A DNA stretch of 64,000 bases from contig CAZFBW010000001.1 of NCBI GenBank assembly GCA_964517625.1, positions 40,319 through 104,318 of the forward strand, given 5' to 3'. Origin of the DNA: an uncultured Candidatus Saccharibacteria bacterium. GTDB lineage: Bacteria; Patescibacteriota; Minisyncoccia; Phycocordibacterales; UBA5272. Under the pieces are notes generated by a model, which saw only the letters and a program-made list of their open reading frames with translations, did not search any database and had not been told where the DNA came from. Positions 9,162 through 20,055 of this stretch are shown here, one piece after another (the stretch's first letter is position 1; every line of letters starts with the position of its first letter). The position numbers and the translations under genes are program-made.

Positions 9162-11042
9162 ATGTGTGGCATTATTGGCATTCTCACAAAGGAAAAGAAG
9201 AATATTACAGGAGACTTGATAGGGGCCTTATCTCGACTTGAGTACCGAGGGTACGATAGCGCGGGAATTGCTCTATCGGATGGGCACCAGTTGCATACAC
9301 TTAAGTGTGTTGGGGCGCCAAGTCAGTATTTGTATGAAAGGGATCTTACAAAAAACAAGGCACCGGTTTTATCGTATGTAGGCATTGGTCACAATCGCTG
9401 GGCGACGCACGGTAAGCCGACAGTTGTAAACGCGCATCCACACTTTGATACGAAGAAGCGCATTGCGGTTGTACACAACGGAACGATTCTCAACTATGAA
9501 TCACTTCGCAATGAATTGAAACAGCACGGCGCACTATTTGTTTCAGACACCGACACTGAAGTGATACCCCACTTGATTGCATACTACACGGAGAAAGGAA
9601 TGTCGATGCGTGATGCATTTATAAGTGCAGTGAATCGTCTTGAAGGGGCGTTTGGTATTGTTGCATTAGATGTGCATGATGGAAACACACTGTATGTTGC
9701 AAAAGAGGGTAGTCCAATTGTGATTGGTCTCTCGCACGGCGCACTCTATGTTGCATCAAGCGTGCATGGGTTCTTACCGTTTACGGATGAGTTCGTTACA
9801 CTTCACGACGGAGAAATTGCAGTCCTCTCTTCGGAGAAAGAATTACAAACTGAAATCATCAGATACAAAGATAATAAAAAAATTAATAATCGTACTTCTC
9901 AAACCGCTCTATCCGTACAGCTTCACGATTTATCCAAAGGAGACTTTGAGACGTTCATGTTGAAGGAAATTTTTGAACAACCAGCAACGACACAGGCAAC
10001 GCTCCTTGGTCGTATCAATGACAAACAAGGAACGGCAATGCTCGGTGGACTTGTTGATTCGGAACCATTGCTACAAAAGATAACCAATATTTTATTTACT
10101 GGGTGCGGTACGGCATACCACGCCACCCTTGTAGCACAACATATTATTGAGCATATTACCGATATTACCGTACGAAGCGAAATTGCCTCGGAAGGGAAAT
10201 ATAAGACACTGCACACCAAAGAAGACCAAACCGCCGTGTTTGCAATCAGTCAATCGGGAGAAACAGCGGACACGCTCGAGTATGTGAAAGAATTGAAAAA
10301 TAAAGGGTATGAAATATTTGGCATTGTAAATGTTGTGGGGAGTGCGCTTGCAGAATTGGCTGGAAAAGGAATATACACGAAAGCTGGTTCTGAAATTGGC
10401 GTTGCATCAACGAAAGCATTCACTTCACAACTAGCGTCATTGTATTTGCTCGCACTCCATCTTGCGCGCATGCGTACCTTTAGCGCAAAAGAAGGGATGA
10501 AGTTTGCTTCGGCGCTTGAGCGCATTCCCAACCTCATGAAAGAAACACTCTTACTTAATGGAGAGGTGGAAGGGCTCGCTTCCAAGTATCAAGCGATTAC
10601 AAAAATTCAATTTTTAGGAAGAGGTGTTCATGTGCCGATTGCGCAGGAAGCATCGCTTAAATTTAAAGAAATTACATATCTCGAGACGGGAGCATATCCG
10701 CTTGGTGAGTTAAAGCATGGACCGATTGCTATCGTCGATGAAGAAACACTTTCGGTGGTTATTTTACCAAACGATGAACTCTTTGAACTTGGCGTTAACT
10801 CAATTGAGCAAATTAAATCAAAAGGCGGAAAAGTTCTTCTCATTACCGACACATCAGTTAAGAATCATCCAATTTGTAAAAAAGTCGATGATGTAATTTT
10901 TATTCCGCACATTGAGGACGACATCTTCTACCCGTTTTTGGAAATTATACCGCTTCAGTTATTTGCCTATCATTTTGCAAAATTACTTGGAAGAAATATT
11001 GATAAGCCAAGAAACTTAGCAAAATCGGTGACGGTTCAATAG
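9162..11042 (+). CDS. glmS: Glutamine--fructose-6-phosphate aminotransferase
   Basis: MCGI start, LEYRGYDSAG, SQSGETADT, PRNLAKSVTV. Confidence 0.97.
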   Translation: MCGIIGILTKEKKNITGDLIGALSRLEYRGYDSAGIALSDGHQLHTLKCVGAPSQYLYERDLTKNKAPVLSYVGIGHNRWATHGKPTVVNAHPHFDTKKRIAVVHNGTILNYESLRNELKQHGALFVSDTDTEVIPHLIAYYTEKGMSMRDAFISAVNRLEGAFGIVALDVHDGNTLYVAKEGSPIVIGLSHGALYVASSVHGFLPFTDEFVTLHDGEIAVLSSEKELQTEIIRYKDNKKINNRTSQTALSVQLHDLSKGDFETFMLKEIFEQPATTQATLLGRINDKQGTAMLGGLVDSEPLLQKITNILFTGCGTAYHATLVAQHIIEHITDITVRSEIASEGKYKTLHTKEDQTAVFAISQSGETADTLEYVKELKNKGYEIFGIVNVVGSALAELAGKGIYTKAGSEIGVASTKAFTSQLASLYLLALHLARMRTFSAKEGMKFASALERIPNLMKETLLLNGEVEGLASKYQAITKIQFLGRGVHVPIAQEASLKFKEITYLETGAYPLGELKHGPIAIVDEETLSVVILPNDELFELGVNSIEQIKSKGGKVLLITDTSVKNHPICKKVDDVIFIPHIEDDIFYPFLEIIPLQLFAYHFAKLLGRNIDKPRNLAKSVTVQ

Positions 11043-11082
11043 AGGTGCGAAATCGAAGATTTTGTGGTATGATTATCGGACT

Positions 11083-13599
11083 ATGTCGTTTATTTCCAAG
11101 GCAATTGAGTTGGTTTTCCCGCCTGAGTCGGTACGCCTCATTAAGAAACTTGAGCCCCTCGTTGATGAGGTTTTTGGATATGAAGAAGCACTAAAGGCTC
11201 TTTCAAACGACGAATTAAAAGCGCGCAGTTTGGCACTTAAAGAGCAAGTGCAAAAAGAACTTACTGGTCTTTCTGGGGAGGAACGCAAAAAAACAGAAAA
11301 GAAGGTTTTGGATGCAGTGCTTCCAGAGGCGTTTGCACTTGTGCGTGAGTCAGCTCGTCGTACGCTTAAAATGATGCACTATCGCGTGCAGGTGGTTGGA
11401 GGCATGCTTCTTAATATGGGTCATATTGCAGAAATGCGTACCGGTGAAGGAAAGACGCTTGTTGCCACGCTTCCGGCATACTTAAATGCGCTCACTGGCC
11501 GCGGTGTACACATTGTTACGGTAAACGACTATCTCTCTCGTCGCGACGCGGTGTGGATGGGGCAGGTGTATGACATGCTTGGACTCTCGGTTGCCGTCAT
11601 TAACCATCAATCATCCTACCTCTACGACAGTACCCACCTTTCACAAGAAGAGGAAAAAACTGAAGACGAGAAGCGTGATGATGTTGGTTCATATAAAGTC
11701 GTCTACGATTTTCTAAAACCGTGCACGCGCCAAGAAGCATACAAGGCAGACATTACCTATGGAACAAACAACGAGTTTGGTTTTGATTATTTGCGCGACA
11801 ATATTGGCTACGCGGTTGATTCTTTGTCTCAGCGTGAGCACCATTACGCAATTGTGGACGAAATCGACTCAATTTTGATTGACGAGGCACGTACCCCGCT
11901 TATTATTTCCGCACCAGCGCAGGAATCAAGCGATATGTATAAGAATTTTGCACGTATCGCATCCCAACTTGTGGAAGGGGATCACTATACGGTAGATGAA
12001 AAACAGCGCGCAATTGCACTCACCGAAGCAGGTATCTCCTATGCAGAAGAACTGCTCGGCGTTTCAAATATTTATTCGGTATCTGGCATGCAATACGTGC
12101 ACCATTTGGAAACCGCGGTCAAAGCAAAAGCACTTTTTATCAAGGAACGCGAATATGTTGTGCGCGATAACGAGGTAATCATTGTTGATGAATTTACGGG
12201 ACGCATGCAACCAGGACGTCGTTGGTCAGATGGGCTTCATCAAGCAGTTGAAGCAAAAGAAGGGGTAAAAATCGAACAAGAATCTCGCACTCTTGCTTCT
12301 ATTACGTTCCAAAATTATTTCCGCTTCTATGAAAAACTTTCGGGTATGACCGGTACCGCGGAAACATCTAAAGAAGAATTTTATAAAGTATATGGACTTG
12401 TTGTGTCTCCTGTACCAACACACCACCCAATTAAGCGTAAGGATCACAATGATCTCATTTTCCAAACCGAAAAAGGGAAATGGAAAGCACTTGCTCGAAA
12501 AATTAAAGAACTTCACGATAAAGGACAACCGGTACTTGTCGGTACTATTTCTATTGAAAAGAACGAAGTGCTTTCAAAGTATCTTGAACGTGAAGGAATT
12601 CCTCACGCTGTACTTAATGCGAAGAACCACGAACAGGAAGGTGAAATTATTGCAAATGCGGGAGCGCGCGGGGCAGTGACGATTGCAACTAACATGGCAG
12701 GTCGTGGAGTGGACATTAAACTTGGTGGTCCGCAAGCAACGGAAGCTGAGCGTGAAGAAGTACTTCGTCAAGGTGGTTTGTATGTGATTGGTACTGAGCG
12801 TCATGAAGCACGCCGTATCGACAATCAGTTGCGGGGTCGTTCAGGACGACAAGGGGACGTGGGTGAGACGCAGTTCTTTGTGTCGCTTGAAGATGAGCTT
12901 ATGCGTGTGTTCGGGTCAACCAACATCAAGAGTATGATGGGGCGTTTTGGTATTCCAGAAGATGAACCAATTGATTCTAAGCTCGTCTCTCGAGCACTTG
13001 AGGGTGCGCAAGAAAAAATTGAAGGATTTCACTTTGATACACGTAAACACACGCTTCAGTATGACGATGTTTTGAACCACCAGCGAAGAAGTATTTATGA
13101 TAAGCGTCGTAAAATTTTGTTCCACGACAAGGAATATTTTGAGGAATTGATGAATTCGGTTGTTGCATTCAAACCCGAAATAGCAGAGCTTATTGCGACG
13201 AAAAAGAAGGAGTACGGTGAAGAGGTTTTTATGAGTGTTGTTTCTATGATGGCGCTTCAAGTAATCGACATGCTTTGGATGGACCACCTCGACCAAATGG
13301 AGCACATGCGAAATAGTGTGAATCTTCGCTCATACGGACAACGTGATCCACTTGTTGAATACAAAAAAGAAGGGCTTCGTATGTTCAGAGGATTGGAACA
13401 AACAACGCTTCACGACCTCGTTCTCTTCATTGAAAACATTGATGGTGTTATGGCCGCACAGCATAATCGCGAACGTGTCGCGGCAGTTGCAAGCGAAAGA
13501 GATAGAGTAAAAGCTGGACGCAATGACCCATGCCCATGCGGAAGTGGAAAGAAGGTAAAGAAGTGCGATTGTGAGGAGTTTGCTTACTTGAGGAAGTAG
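11083..13599 (+). CDS. secA: Preprotein translocase SecA
   Basis: MRTGEGKT, DEIDSILIDEARTP, GRNDPCPCGSGKK. Confidence 0.97.
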   Translation: MSFISKAIELVFPPESVRLIKKLEPLVDEVFGYEEALKALSNDELKARSLALKEQVQKELTGLSGEERKKTEKKVLDAVLPEAFALVRESARRTLKMMHYRVQVVGGMLLNMGHIAEMRTGEGKTLVATLPAYLNALTGRGVHIVTVNDYLSRRDAVWMGQVYDMLGLSVAVINHQSSYLYDSTHLSQEEEKTEDEKRDDVGSYKVVYDFLKPCTRQEAYKADITYGTNNEFGFDYLRDNIGYAVDSLSQREHHYAIVDEIDSILIDEARTPLIISAPAQESSDMYKNFARIASQLVEGDHYTVDEKQRAIALTEAGISYAEELLGVSNIYSVSGMQYVHHLETAVKAKALFIKEREYVVRDNEVIIVDEFTGRMQPGRRWSDGLHQAVEAKEGVKIEQESRTLASITFQNYFRFYEKLSGMTGTAETSKEEFYKVYGLVVSPVPTHHPIKRKDHNDLIFQTEKGKWKALARKIKELHDKGQPVLVGTISIEKNEVLSKYLEREGIPHAVLNAKNHEQEGEIIANAGARGAVTIATNMAGRGVDIKLGGPQATEAEREEVLRQGGLYVIGTERHEARRIDNQLRGRSGRQGDVGETQFFVSLEDELMRVFGSTNIKSMMGRFGIPEDEPIDSKLVSRALEGAQEKIEGFHFDTRKHTLQYDDVLNHQRRSIYDKRRKILFHDKEYFEELMNSVVAFKPEIAELIATKKKEYGEEVFMSVVSMMALQVIDMLWMDHLDQMEHMRNSVNLRSYGQRDPLVEYKKEGLRMFRGLEQTTLHDLVLFIENIDGVMAAQHNRERVAAVASERDRVKAGRNDPCPCGSGKKVKKCDCEEFAYLRK

Positions 13600-13622
13600 T
13601 TTTGTGGTATTCTTTGTCTCAT

Positions 13623-14234
13623 ATGGCAAAGAAAAAAACAAAAACGAAATCTGTGAAGAAAACAGTTGCGAAAAAAGCAAAAAAAGTTGTTGCAAAAAAA
13701 TCATCACTTAAGAAAAAGGTTTTGAAAAAGAAGCAAGCAAAAAAGAAGCCGGTTGTGGTTGCTGTGTCTGGTGGATTTGATCCAGTACACATTGGGCATG
13801 TTCGCATGTTTAATGAAGCGAAAGCGCTCGGAGATAAATTAGTTGTCATTTTAAATAACGATCACTGGATTCGTAAAAAGAAGGGGCAGGAATTCATGCC
13901 TGATCATGAACGAAAAGAAATCATTGAATCATTTTCTTCAGTTGATGAAGTGTTTCTCACAGAACACGGTCCAAATACAACTGACATGAGTGTGTGTGAT
14001 GCACTTCGTAAAGTCAGACCACACATTTTTGCAAACGGCGGTGACCGTCATGCAGACAATGTACCAGAGGTTGCTGTGTGCCGCGACATTAATTGTCAGA
14101 TGGTGTACAGCGTCGGCAAGGGTGGTAAGGTTCAATCAAGTTCATGGTTGCTTAAGCGTCATGAAGAACACAAGATGCTCCGAATGGCGATACACGACAC
14201 GTTTAAAAAAGCGGTAAGTAAGAAAAAGAAATAA
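13623..14234 (+). CDS. Cytidylyltransferase-like nucleotidyltransferase with Lys-rich N-terminal tail
   Basis: SGGFDPVHIGH, ANGGDR, KVQSSSW. Confidence 0.85.
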   Translation: MAKKKTKTKSVKKTVAKKAKKVVAKKSSLKKKVLKKKQAKKKPVVVAVSGGFDPVHIGHVRMFNEAKALGDKLVVILNNDHWIRKKKGQEFMPDHERKEIIESFSSVDEVFLTEHGPNTTDMSVCDALRKVRPHIFANGGDRHADNVPEVAVCRDINCQMVYSVGKGGKVQSSSWLLKRHEEHKMLRMAIHDTFKKAVSKKKK

Positions 14235-14323
14235 GTCTTATACACACAAAGCACGGAACCTTCGGTTCCGTGCTTTGTGTTAAACTAGTAACTATCAACC
14301 ACTAACCAGTAACTATCCAACCC

Positions 14324-15601
14324 ATGAAAGAACTCGTAAAACCCATCATTGTCTATCTGCTCACCCTTGAAGCAAAACTCGTTCTTAAAAAGAAAAAACC
14401 GTTTATTATCGGTATCACAGGTAACCTTGGGAAGACCTCCACGAAGGATGCGGTGTATGCAGTCATGAAAGATCACTTTAATGTTCGTCGAAGTGAAAAG
14501 AGTATGAATAGTGAGTTCGGTGTTCCGCTTACTATACTTGGTGAAAAATCTGGTTGGAGTAATCCGTTTAGGTGGGCCATGACACTTGCACGCGGACTAT
14601 TTGTTCCCTTTGAAGATGATTATCCAACGCACTTAGTACTTGAAATCGGAGCAGACAGGCCGGGGGACATTAAGTCAATCACTTCGTGGCTTCATCCAGA
14701 CATTACCATTGTCACGCAGTTTGGACAGGTGCCAGTACACATTGAATTTTTTAAAAATAGAGACGCAGTGGTAGAAGAAAAGGGATACCTTGTTGAAGCA
14801 CTTAAACACACCGGTGTTTTTATTTACAATCGCGATGACCATGATGCAGAAAAACTCCTTCCTCGCACCCTCGGTAGAAAGGTGAGTGTTGGTGTTCATG
14901 AAGAAGCAGAGATTAGAGCAGAAAATATTCGCATGTATGGAAATCCGATGCAAGGCACAGAGGCTGAGGTGACTGTGTTAGGTAAAAAGCATCATCTTGT
15001 ACTTCCAGAAGTTGTTGGTAAATCTCCAGTGTATGCTGCGCTTCCCGCAATTGCTGTTGCACGTGAACTTGCAATTCCAACGGAGCTTGCATGTGCCTCA
15101 CTTCGTGACGCTGAGAAACCAAAGGGTCGCATGCGACTGCTTTCAGGTATGCAAGGCTCAGTCTTAATTGATGACACGTACAACGCATCTCCTAAAGCAA
15201 CTGAGCACGGACTAGAAACACTTGCTTCACTTGATGTGCAAAGAAAAATTGCAGTGCTTGGGGATATGCTTGAACTTGGTTCTCATACTAAAGAAGAGCA
15301 TTACAAAATTGGAAAGATTGCCGCAAAATCATGCCATAAACTTTTTACGGTTGGTATTCGTGCGCGAGGAATGGCTGAAGGAGCGCTTGATGGAAAAATG
15401 CTTGATGAAAATATTATGCAGTGTGATTCATCAATTGATGCAGGAAAAGAATTGGTGAAAATATTGCGACCAGGGGACGTGGTGTATTTGAAGGGTTCAC
15501 AAGGTGTGCGTATGGAACGTGCGGTGAAAATGATTTTAGCAGAAACACACAAAGCAGAAGAAACATTGGTTCGCCAGGAACAAGAATGGAATCATAGGTA
15601 A
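14324..15601 (+). CDS. murF: UDP-MurNAc-tripeptide--D-Ala-D-Ala ligase
   Basis: GITGNLGKTSTK, DDTYNASP, LGDMLELG, KGSQG. Confidence 0.9.
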   Translation: MKELVKPIIVYLLTLEAKLVLKKKKPFIIGITGNLGKTSTKDAVYAVMKDHFNVRRSEKSMNSEFGVPLTILGEKSGWSNPFRWAMTLARGLFVPFEDDYPTHLVLEIGADRPGDIKSITSWLHPDITIVTQFGQVPVHIEFFKNRDAVVEEKGYLVEALKHTGVFIYNRDDHDAEKLLPRTLGRKVSVGVHEEAEIRAENIRMYGNPMQGTEAEVTVLGKKHHLVLPEVVGKSPVYAALPAIAVARELAIPTELACASLRDAEKPKGRMRLLSGMQGSVLIDDTYNASPKATEHGLETLASLDVQRKIAVLGDMLELGSHTKEEHYKIGKIAAKSCHKLFTVGIRARGMAEGALDGKMLDENIMQCDSSIDAGKELVKILRPGDVVYLKGSQGVRMERAVKMILAETHKAEETLVRQEQEWNHR

Positions 15602-15605
15602 TACC

Positions 15606-16616
15606 ATGCAAGTACAAGAACATGTACCACTAAAAGACCACACAACCTTTCGTTTGGGTGGTGAGGCACGATATTTCATTGATTGTGTTGATGAGCAAGA
15701 GGTTCGTGAGGCGGTGTTATTTGCACAAGAAAAAGAGTTGCCGCTGTTTGTGTTAGGCGGGGGATCAAACACGGTATTTACTGATAAGGGATTCCCAGGC
15801 GTTGTACTTCGTATTTCTATACGAGGGGTACAAGTAATTCAAGGTATTGGCGATGAAGCAATTGTACTTGTGTGCGCTGGTGAGAATTGGGACGAGTTTG
15901 TTTCCCAGGCAACTGAGGAGGGGTGGTACGGACTGGAGAATCTTTCGCTTATTCCAGGAACGGTGGGTGGAGCACCTGTACAAAATATTGGTGCGTATGG
16001 TACGGAGGTGAGTACCTACATTGAAAGTGTTTCTGTATTTGATACGAAAGAAAATAAGAAAAAGAATTTTTCAAACAACGATTGTCATTTTGCCTACCGT
16101 ACAAGTGTATTTAAAGAAGAACAAGGAAGATATATTATTCTTTCGGTTATCTTTCGGTTGAAGAAAATATTCACACCCAACCTTTCATATAAGGATGTTG
16201 CACAAATATTAGAGGGGAAAGAAGTAACACCAGAGATTGTACGCGAAACAATTATTGCTATTCGTACGCGTAAGCTTCCTGATTGGAAAGCGCTTGGAAC
16301 GGCAGGTTCATTTTTTAAGAACCCAGAAGTAACTAAAGAAGAGGTTGACACATTACTTGCAAAATATCCTGAAGTACCTGTGTATCCGTATGGAGATAGA
16401 TTTAAAATTTCAGCGGGGTACTTGATTGAGCATGTGGCACACATGAAAGGGGAGAAACGCGGAGGGGTTGGCGTATACGACAAGCATGCGCTTGTTTTGG
16501 TGAATTATGGAGAGGGGACGTATGAAGAATTGCAAGCACTTGTTGAAGGAATACAAGAAAAAGTAAAAGAAAAAACTGGAATCACACTTACGCCGGAGGT
16601 GAATGTAGTTATATAA
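15606..16616 (+). CDS. murB: UDP-N-acetylenolpyruvoylglucosamine reductase
   Basis: GGGSN, IPGTVGGAPVQNIGAYG, GSFFKNP, HALVLVN. Confidence 0.95.
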   Translation: MQVQEHVPLKDHTTFRLGGEARYFIDCVDEQEVREAVLFAQEKELPLFVLGGGSNTVFTDKGFPGVVLRISIRGVQVIQGIGDEAIVLVCAGENWDEFVSQATEEGWYGLENLSLIPGTVGGAPVQNIGAYGTEVSTYIESVSVFDTKENKKKNFSNNDCHFAYRTSVFKEEQGRYIILSVIFRLKKIFTPNLSYKDVAQILEGKEVTPEIVRETIIAIRTRKLPDWKALGTAGSFFKNPEVTKEEVDTLLAKYPEVPVYPYGDRFKISAGYLIEHVAHMKGEKRGGVGVYDKHALVLVNYGEGTYEELQALVEGIQEKVKEKTGITLTPEVNVVI

Positions 16617-16646
16617 AAACCCGCACGGCGTACCGTGCAGGTCTGG

Positions 16647-16865
16647 TTAATGGACAATGATTTTCGGCGGACGAAGCGAGCCATCACATAGTTCTTTTAT
16701 AACTTCGCCCGTGTTTTGGTTTACGACTCTCGTCCTCTTTTTGCCTTCAAGTGGCGCATGTTCGGGGATGAGGTAGAAACCTTCGCCCCGAAGGCCTGGT
16801 TTTTCACTGAATGTGACTGTTACAAGTTCAAAAGCTCGCTCGCAAATGTGGCATATTGTTTTCAT
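16647..16865 (-). CDS. Small hypothetical protein, possible Zn ribbon
   Basis: CHIC...PEH...CDGS; SD-like aaagga upstream. Confidence 0.5.
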   Translation of the reverse strand: MKTICHICERAFELVTVTFSEKPGLRGEGFYLIPEHAPLEGKKRTRVVNQNTGEVIKELCDGSLRPPKIIVH

Positions 16866-17012
16866 GCTATTTCCTTTTACATATCGCAGTATTGCGCAGT
16901 ATTAAGCGAGCTTGCTTCTTAATCTAGAGTATTGCGGGGTACATGTCAAATGTCGTTAGTTTTATTTTTCTATTCAAAATGCTAAAAAAGTGTTACTATG
17001 TCGGCTACAAAT

Positions 17013-17084
17013 GGCCCTATCGTCTATCGGTTAGGACACATCCTTCTCAAGGATGGAAGCAGAGTTCGACTCTCTGTAGGGTCA
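17013..17084 (+). tRNA. tRNA-Glu(CTC)
   Basis: Cloverleaf, CATCC-TTCTCAA-GGATG. Confidence 0.93.
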
Positions 17085-17239
17085 CAAAAAATAAGGAGCA
17101 AAGCGACTATATTTTTGTGATGTCGGAGTACTTAGACTTTTATGAGTGAAGCGAAATAAAAGGCTTTAGTACTATCGACGCACAAATAAGACATCAAACC
17201 AAAGGATTTCTAAGGAGCGAACCGACTCGTAAGGGTCAC
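17085..17239 (+). repeat. Degenerate tRNA-Glu 3' module
   Basis: cgactcgtaagggtcac 17223-17239 resembles tRNA end cgactctctgtagggtcac; hairpins in between. Confidence 0.55.
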
Positions 17240-17264
17240 GGGTAAAAGTGCTATAATTGAGAAA

Positions 17265-18098
17265 ATGACTATATCATATCCAAGATTAGTTGATTTATAT
17301 CAACCAAAAGAAGGGGAGGAAGTCACAGGTTTTCAGGATGGAAATGGTTTTTCTATTATAAAAAAATATAAAGATGTACATTTGTCCGAATATAGGCAAA
17401 TGATTAAGTTATTTTTAACTGATAAAGGTGAAGTTGCTGGAGGCGTTAATCTTGTAAAATACGAAGACAAAGAACTTATTAAGGGGTATGTGTGGGTTGA
17501 TTCTGGAGATTTTAAAGTAACCAACTTTATTTTTAATAAGGAAGATTTTACTTTTAAAGATAATTTTTTTTACAGCACCTTCGATATTAAAAAGGAGACA
17601 CCATTATCAGTTAACGATGTTATTAAAAATATTGAATATAACCATTTAAGCGTTAAGGTTCGTTTCTATCAAAAAACCGTGAAGTATTTTTACGAAGCTT
17701 TTCTCAAAATAATCTTTTGGTTTGGTGATGGTGAATATTCATATAAAGAGTTGATATCTGCCCGACTAACAACAGATAAATACAGAGAAAATTTATCTGA
17801 AAAAACAATTAAGGAGGATCCTTTATTTAAATATTTTCATATACATAAAAATTTACTATTTTTCTTTACGCTATGTATTTTGATTATAGTATTCACCAGT
17901 TGTGAGTACTATAATATGGACGTTACGCAACTCCCAGTCGTTTTCTCTGGTTTAGTAGCCTTATTTTTATTAGAAAAAATAAGTTCTAAAATAAAGTTTT
18001 TGCTAAGTGAAATCGATTTAGAAAACGGGTTTATACAAAAAATATTCAGAAAATCACAAAATCAGGGTTTTAAATTAATTATCAAACATAAACAATAA
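17265..18098 (+). CDS. AT-rich hypothetical membrane protein
   Basis: 277-aa ORF, two C-terminal TM segments, visibly lower GC than neighbours. Confidence 0.7.
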   Translation: MTISYPRLVDLYQPKEGEEVTGFQDGNGFSIIKKYKDVHLSEYRQMIKLFLTDKGEVAGGVNLVKYEDKELIKGYVWVDSGDFKVTNFIFNKEDFTFKDNFFYSTFDIKKETPLSVNDVIKNIEYNHLSVKVRFYQKTVKYFYEAFLKIIFWFGDGEYSYKELISARLTTDKYRENLSEKTIKEDPLFKYFHIHKNLLFFFTLCILIIVFTSCEYYNMDVTQLPVVFSGLVALFLLEKISSKIKFLLSEIDLENGFIQKIFRKSQNQGFKLIIKHKQ

Positions 18099-18802
18099 TG
18101 CTCCACAAAATCCCTGCAAAAGACATCTACACAAGTAAGCACGATTGGCTTACCTCTAAGTTTCTTTTTTCGTTTGCGGAATACCACGACGCAGACAACA
18201 TCTCGTGGGGGAAACTTCGTGTATGGAACGACGACGTCATCGCACCGGAAAGTGGATTTCCAATGCACTCGCATGCAAACTTTGAAATCGTGACTGTTGT
18301 TTTTGAAGGGGAACTTACTCACAAAGATAGTCTCGGAAATGAAAGCACTTTGCAACGTGGGTACATTCAACATATGTCGGCGGGTTCTGGGATTACCCAC
18401 AGCGAATACAATAATGGAAAAACACCAGTTGAACTGTATCAACTTTGGATTGCACCGAACAAGCGTGACATCAAGCCACATTATCAAGAAAAAGAAATTG
18501 GTTTTGGAACACCCGGCCTCCACATGCTCGTTTCAAAAGATTCACACTTTGAAAGTGAGCCACACTTGGCACTTCCCATTAACGCGAATGCAAAAATCTT
18601 TTACGGGTTTTTGAAAGAAGGTGAGACGGTAAACTATGCACTAGAGTCTCATGACTTTGTGGTTGTGTATATTCGTACCGGACATTTGGCGGTGGGACAC
18701 GTTGATGTTCGGGCAGGGGACGAACTTCGCATCCACAATGAGGCCGTGTTATTTGCACAAGCAAAAGAAGATACGGAATTTGTTGCGGTCGTTACCTGGT
18801 AA
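18098..18802 (+). CDS. Pirin-family protein (YhhW-like)
   Basis: GFPMHSHANFEI, HKDSLGN, MSAGSGITHSE, QLWI. Confidence 0.93.
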   Translation: MLHKIPAKDIYTSKHDWLTSKFLFSFAEYHDADNISWGKLRVWNDDVIAPESGFPMHSHANFEIVTVVFEGELTHKDSLGNESTLQRGYIQHMSAGSGITHSEYNNGKTPVELYQLWIAPNKRDIKPHYQEKEIGFGTPGLHMLVSKDSHFESEPHLALPINANAKIFYGFLKEGETVNYALESHDFVVVYIRTGHLAVGHVDVRAGDELRIHNEAVLFAQAKEDTEFVAVVTW

Positions 18803-18893
18803 ATTTACGCAAGAAAAGAACCCCACTAGCGAGTTGACGGGGATGCTTTTGGTGTGTAGAGTTTGCTTAGTTGAACAATTAAAGGAAAGTGCT

Positions 18894-19178
18894 GTGAGAA
18901 AGACACTTCTTGTTTTGCTTGGGTTTGTATCTGGTTTTCTGCTTGTGAAACTTCTGTACACCACTGATGCCGTGTCGCTATACCTTGCGTATCGTATCAA
19001 TGGCCCAAAAGCAATTCATTTCATAGAAGACCTGTTTGCATATCAGCCAGGTATTGCCGTTTCACTTCTGTGTTTCTCCATTGCTTTCTTATACCTCATC
19101 GTAGAGAATTCACGTCTTGAGAGTGAAACAGAAGAGGAGGAGAAAAAGAGTACCAAAAAGAATCGTTACCCACCCTAA
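18894..19178 (+). CDS. Small membrane protein
   Basis: GTG start after aaagga; two hydrophobic segments. Confidence 0.55.
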   Translation: MRKTLLVLLGFVSGFLLVKLLYTTDAVSLYLAYRINGPKAIHFIEDLFAYQPGIAVSLLCFSIAFLYLIVENSRLESETEEEEKKSTKKNRYPP

Positions 19179-19518
19179 GCAAACCCACACTTTCGGTGGG
19201 TCTTGTTTTTTTGGGAGAAAACGATTAAAAATCAAAAATAATGCTTATTTTATAAGGGTTTTTTGTTCTTAAAAACCCTTGCCCTGCAAGGTATAAATTG
19301 TCCCATAGGAAAAGTGCCTATTTTACAGTGTTTTTTGAGGAAAAATGTTGACAAATAAGGGTTTTTTGTGGTCTGGTACTTGACAGCAGGTTTCTGTTGT
19401 GCTATAATTGACACATAATAGTGAACGTGTAAATACCCTGATTGAATGCTCGGTATTTTTAATTTTCACTCACTATTTTTCAGACCACGGGTCGTTTAGA
19501 GAGCGTAACTCTAACATC

Positions 19519-20055
19519 ATGACAAAATACATCTACAAGGTTAGTCAGGTTCTCGCGTTTGTGCCATTTATGGCCATCCCGAGCGCATCATTAATCTCAA
19601 ATATTGGTTCACTTGCACTTACATCTACTACTAAGGTTGAAATGAGTGTGGAGGATATCCGTGAGGAAAAGGCCAAAGCTATCGATACTTACTTTAAGGA
19701 GCGTAGCATGCCACTTTACGGTACCGGGATGACGTTTGTCCTCGTTGCTGAAAAGTACGGTCTTGACTGGAGACTTCTTCCTGCAATTGGCGTTCGTGAA
19801 TCTTCAGGCGGTAAAGCTGCTTGTGGTTACAACGCTTTCGGTTGGGGGTCATGCAAGCTTCACAACTTTCATAGTTATGAAGAGGCGATTAACGCTTTAG
19901 GGAAGAACTTAGGTGGCGCGAATGCTTCTACTGCAAAGTATTATGCTGGAAAGTCTACCAAGGATAAACTCTACTTCTATAACGGAACTGTTGTTCCAAC
20001 GTACCCAGACGAAGTGATTGCAATTATGAATAAAATCGAGGCTGATATGGATTAA
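19519..20055 (+). CDS. Secreted lysozyme-like/glucosaminidase-fold protein
   Basis: Hydrophobic N-terminus; DWRLLPAIGVRESSGG, NAFGWG; promoter TTGACA(19380)-17-TATAAT. Confidence 0.7.
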   Translation: MTKYIYKVSQVLAFVPFMAIPSASLISNIGSLALTSTTKVEMSVEDIREEKAKAIDTYFKERSMPLYGTGMTFVLVAEKYGLDWRLLPAIGVRESSGGKAACGYNAFGWGSCKLHNFHSYEEAINALGKNLGGANASTAKYYAGKSTKDKLYFYNGTVVPTYPDEVIAIMNKIEADMD

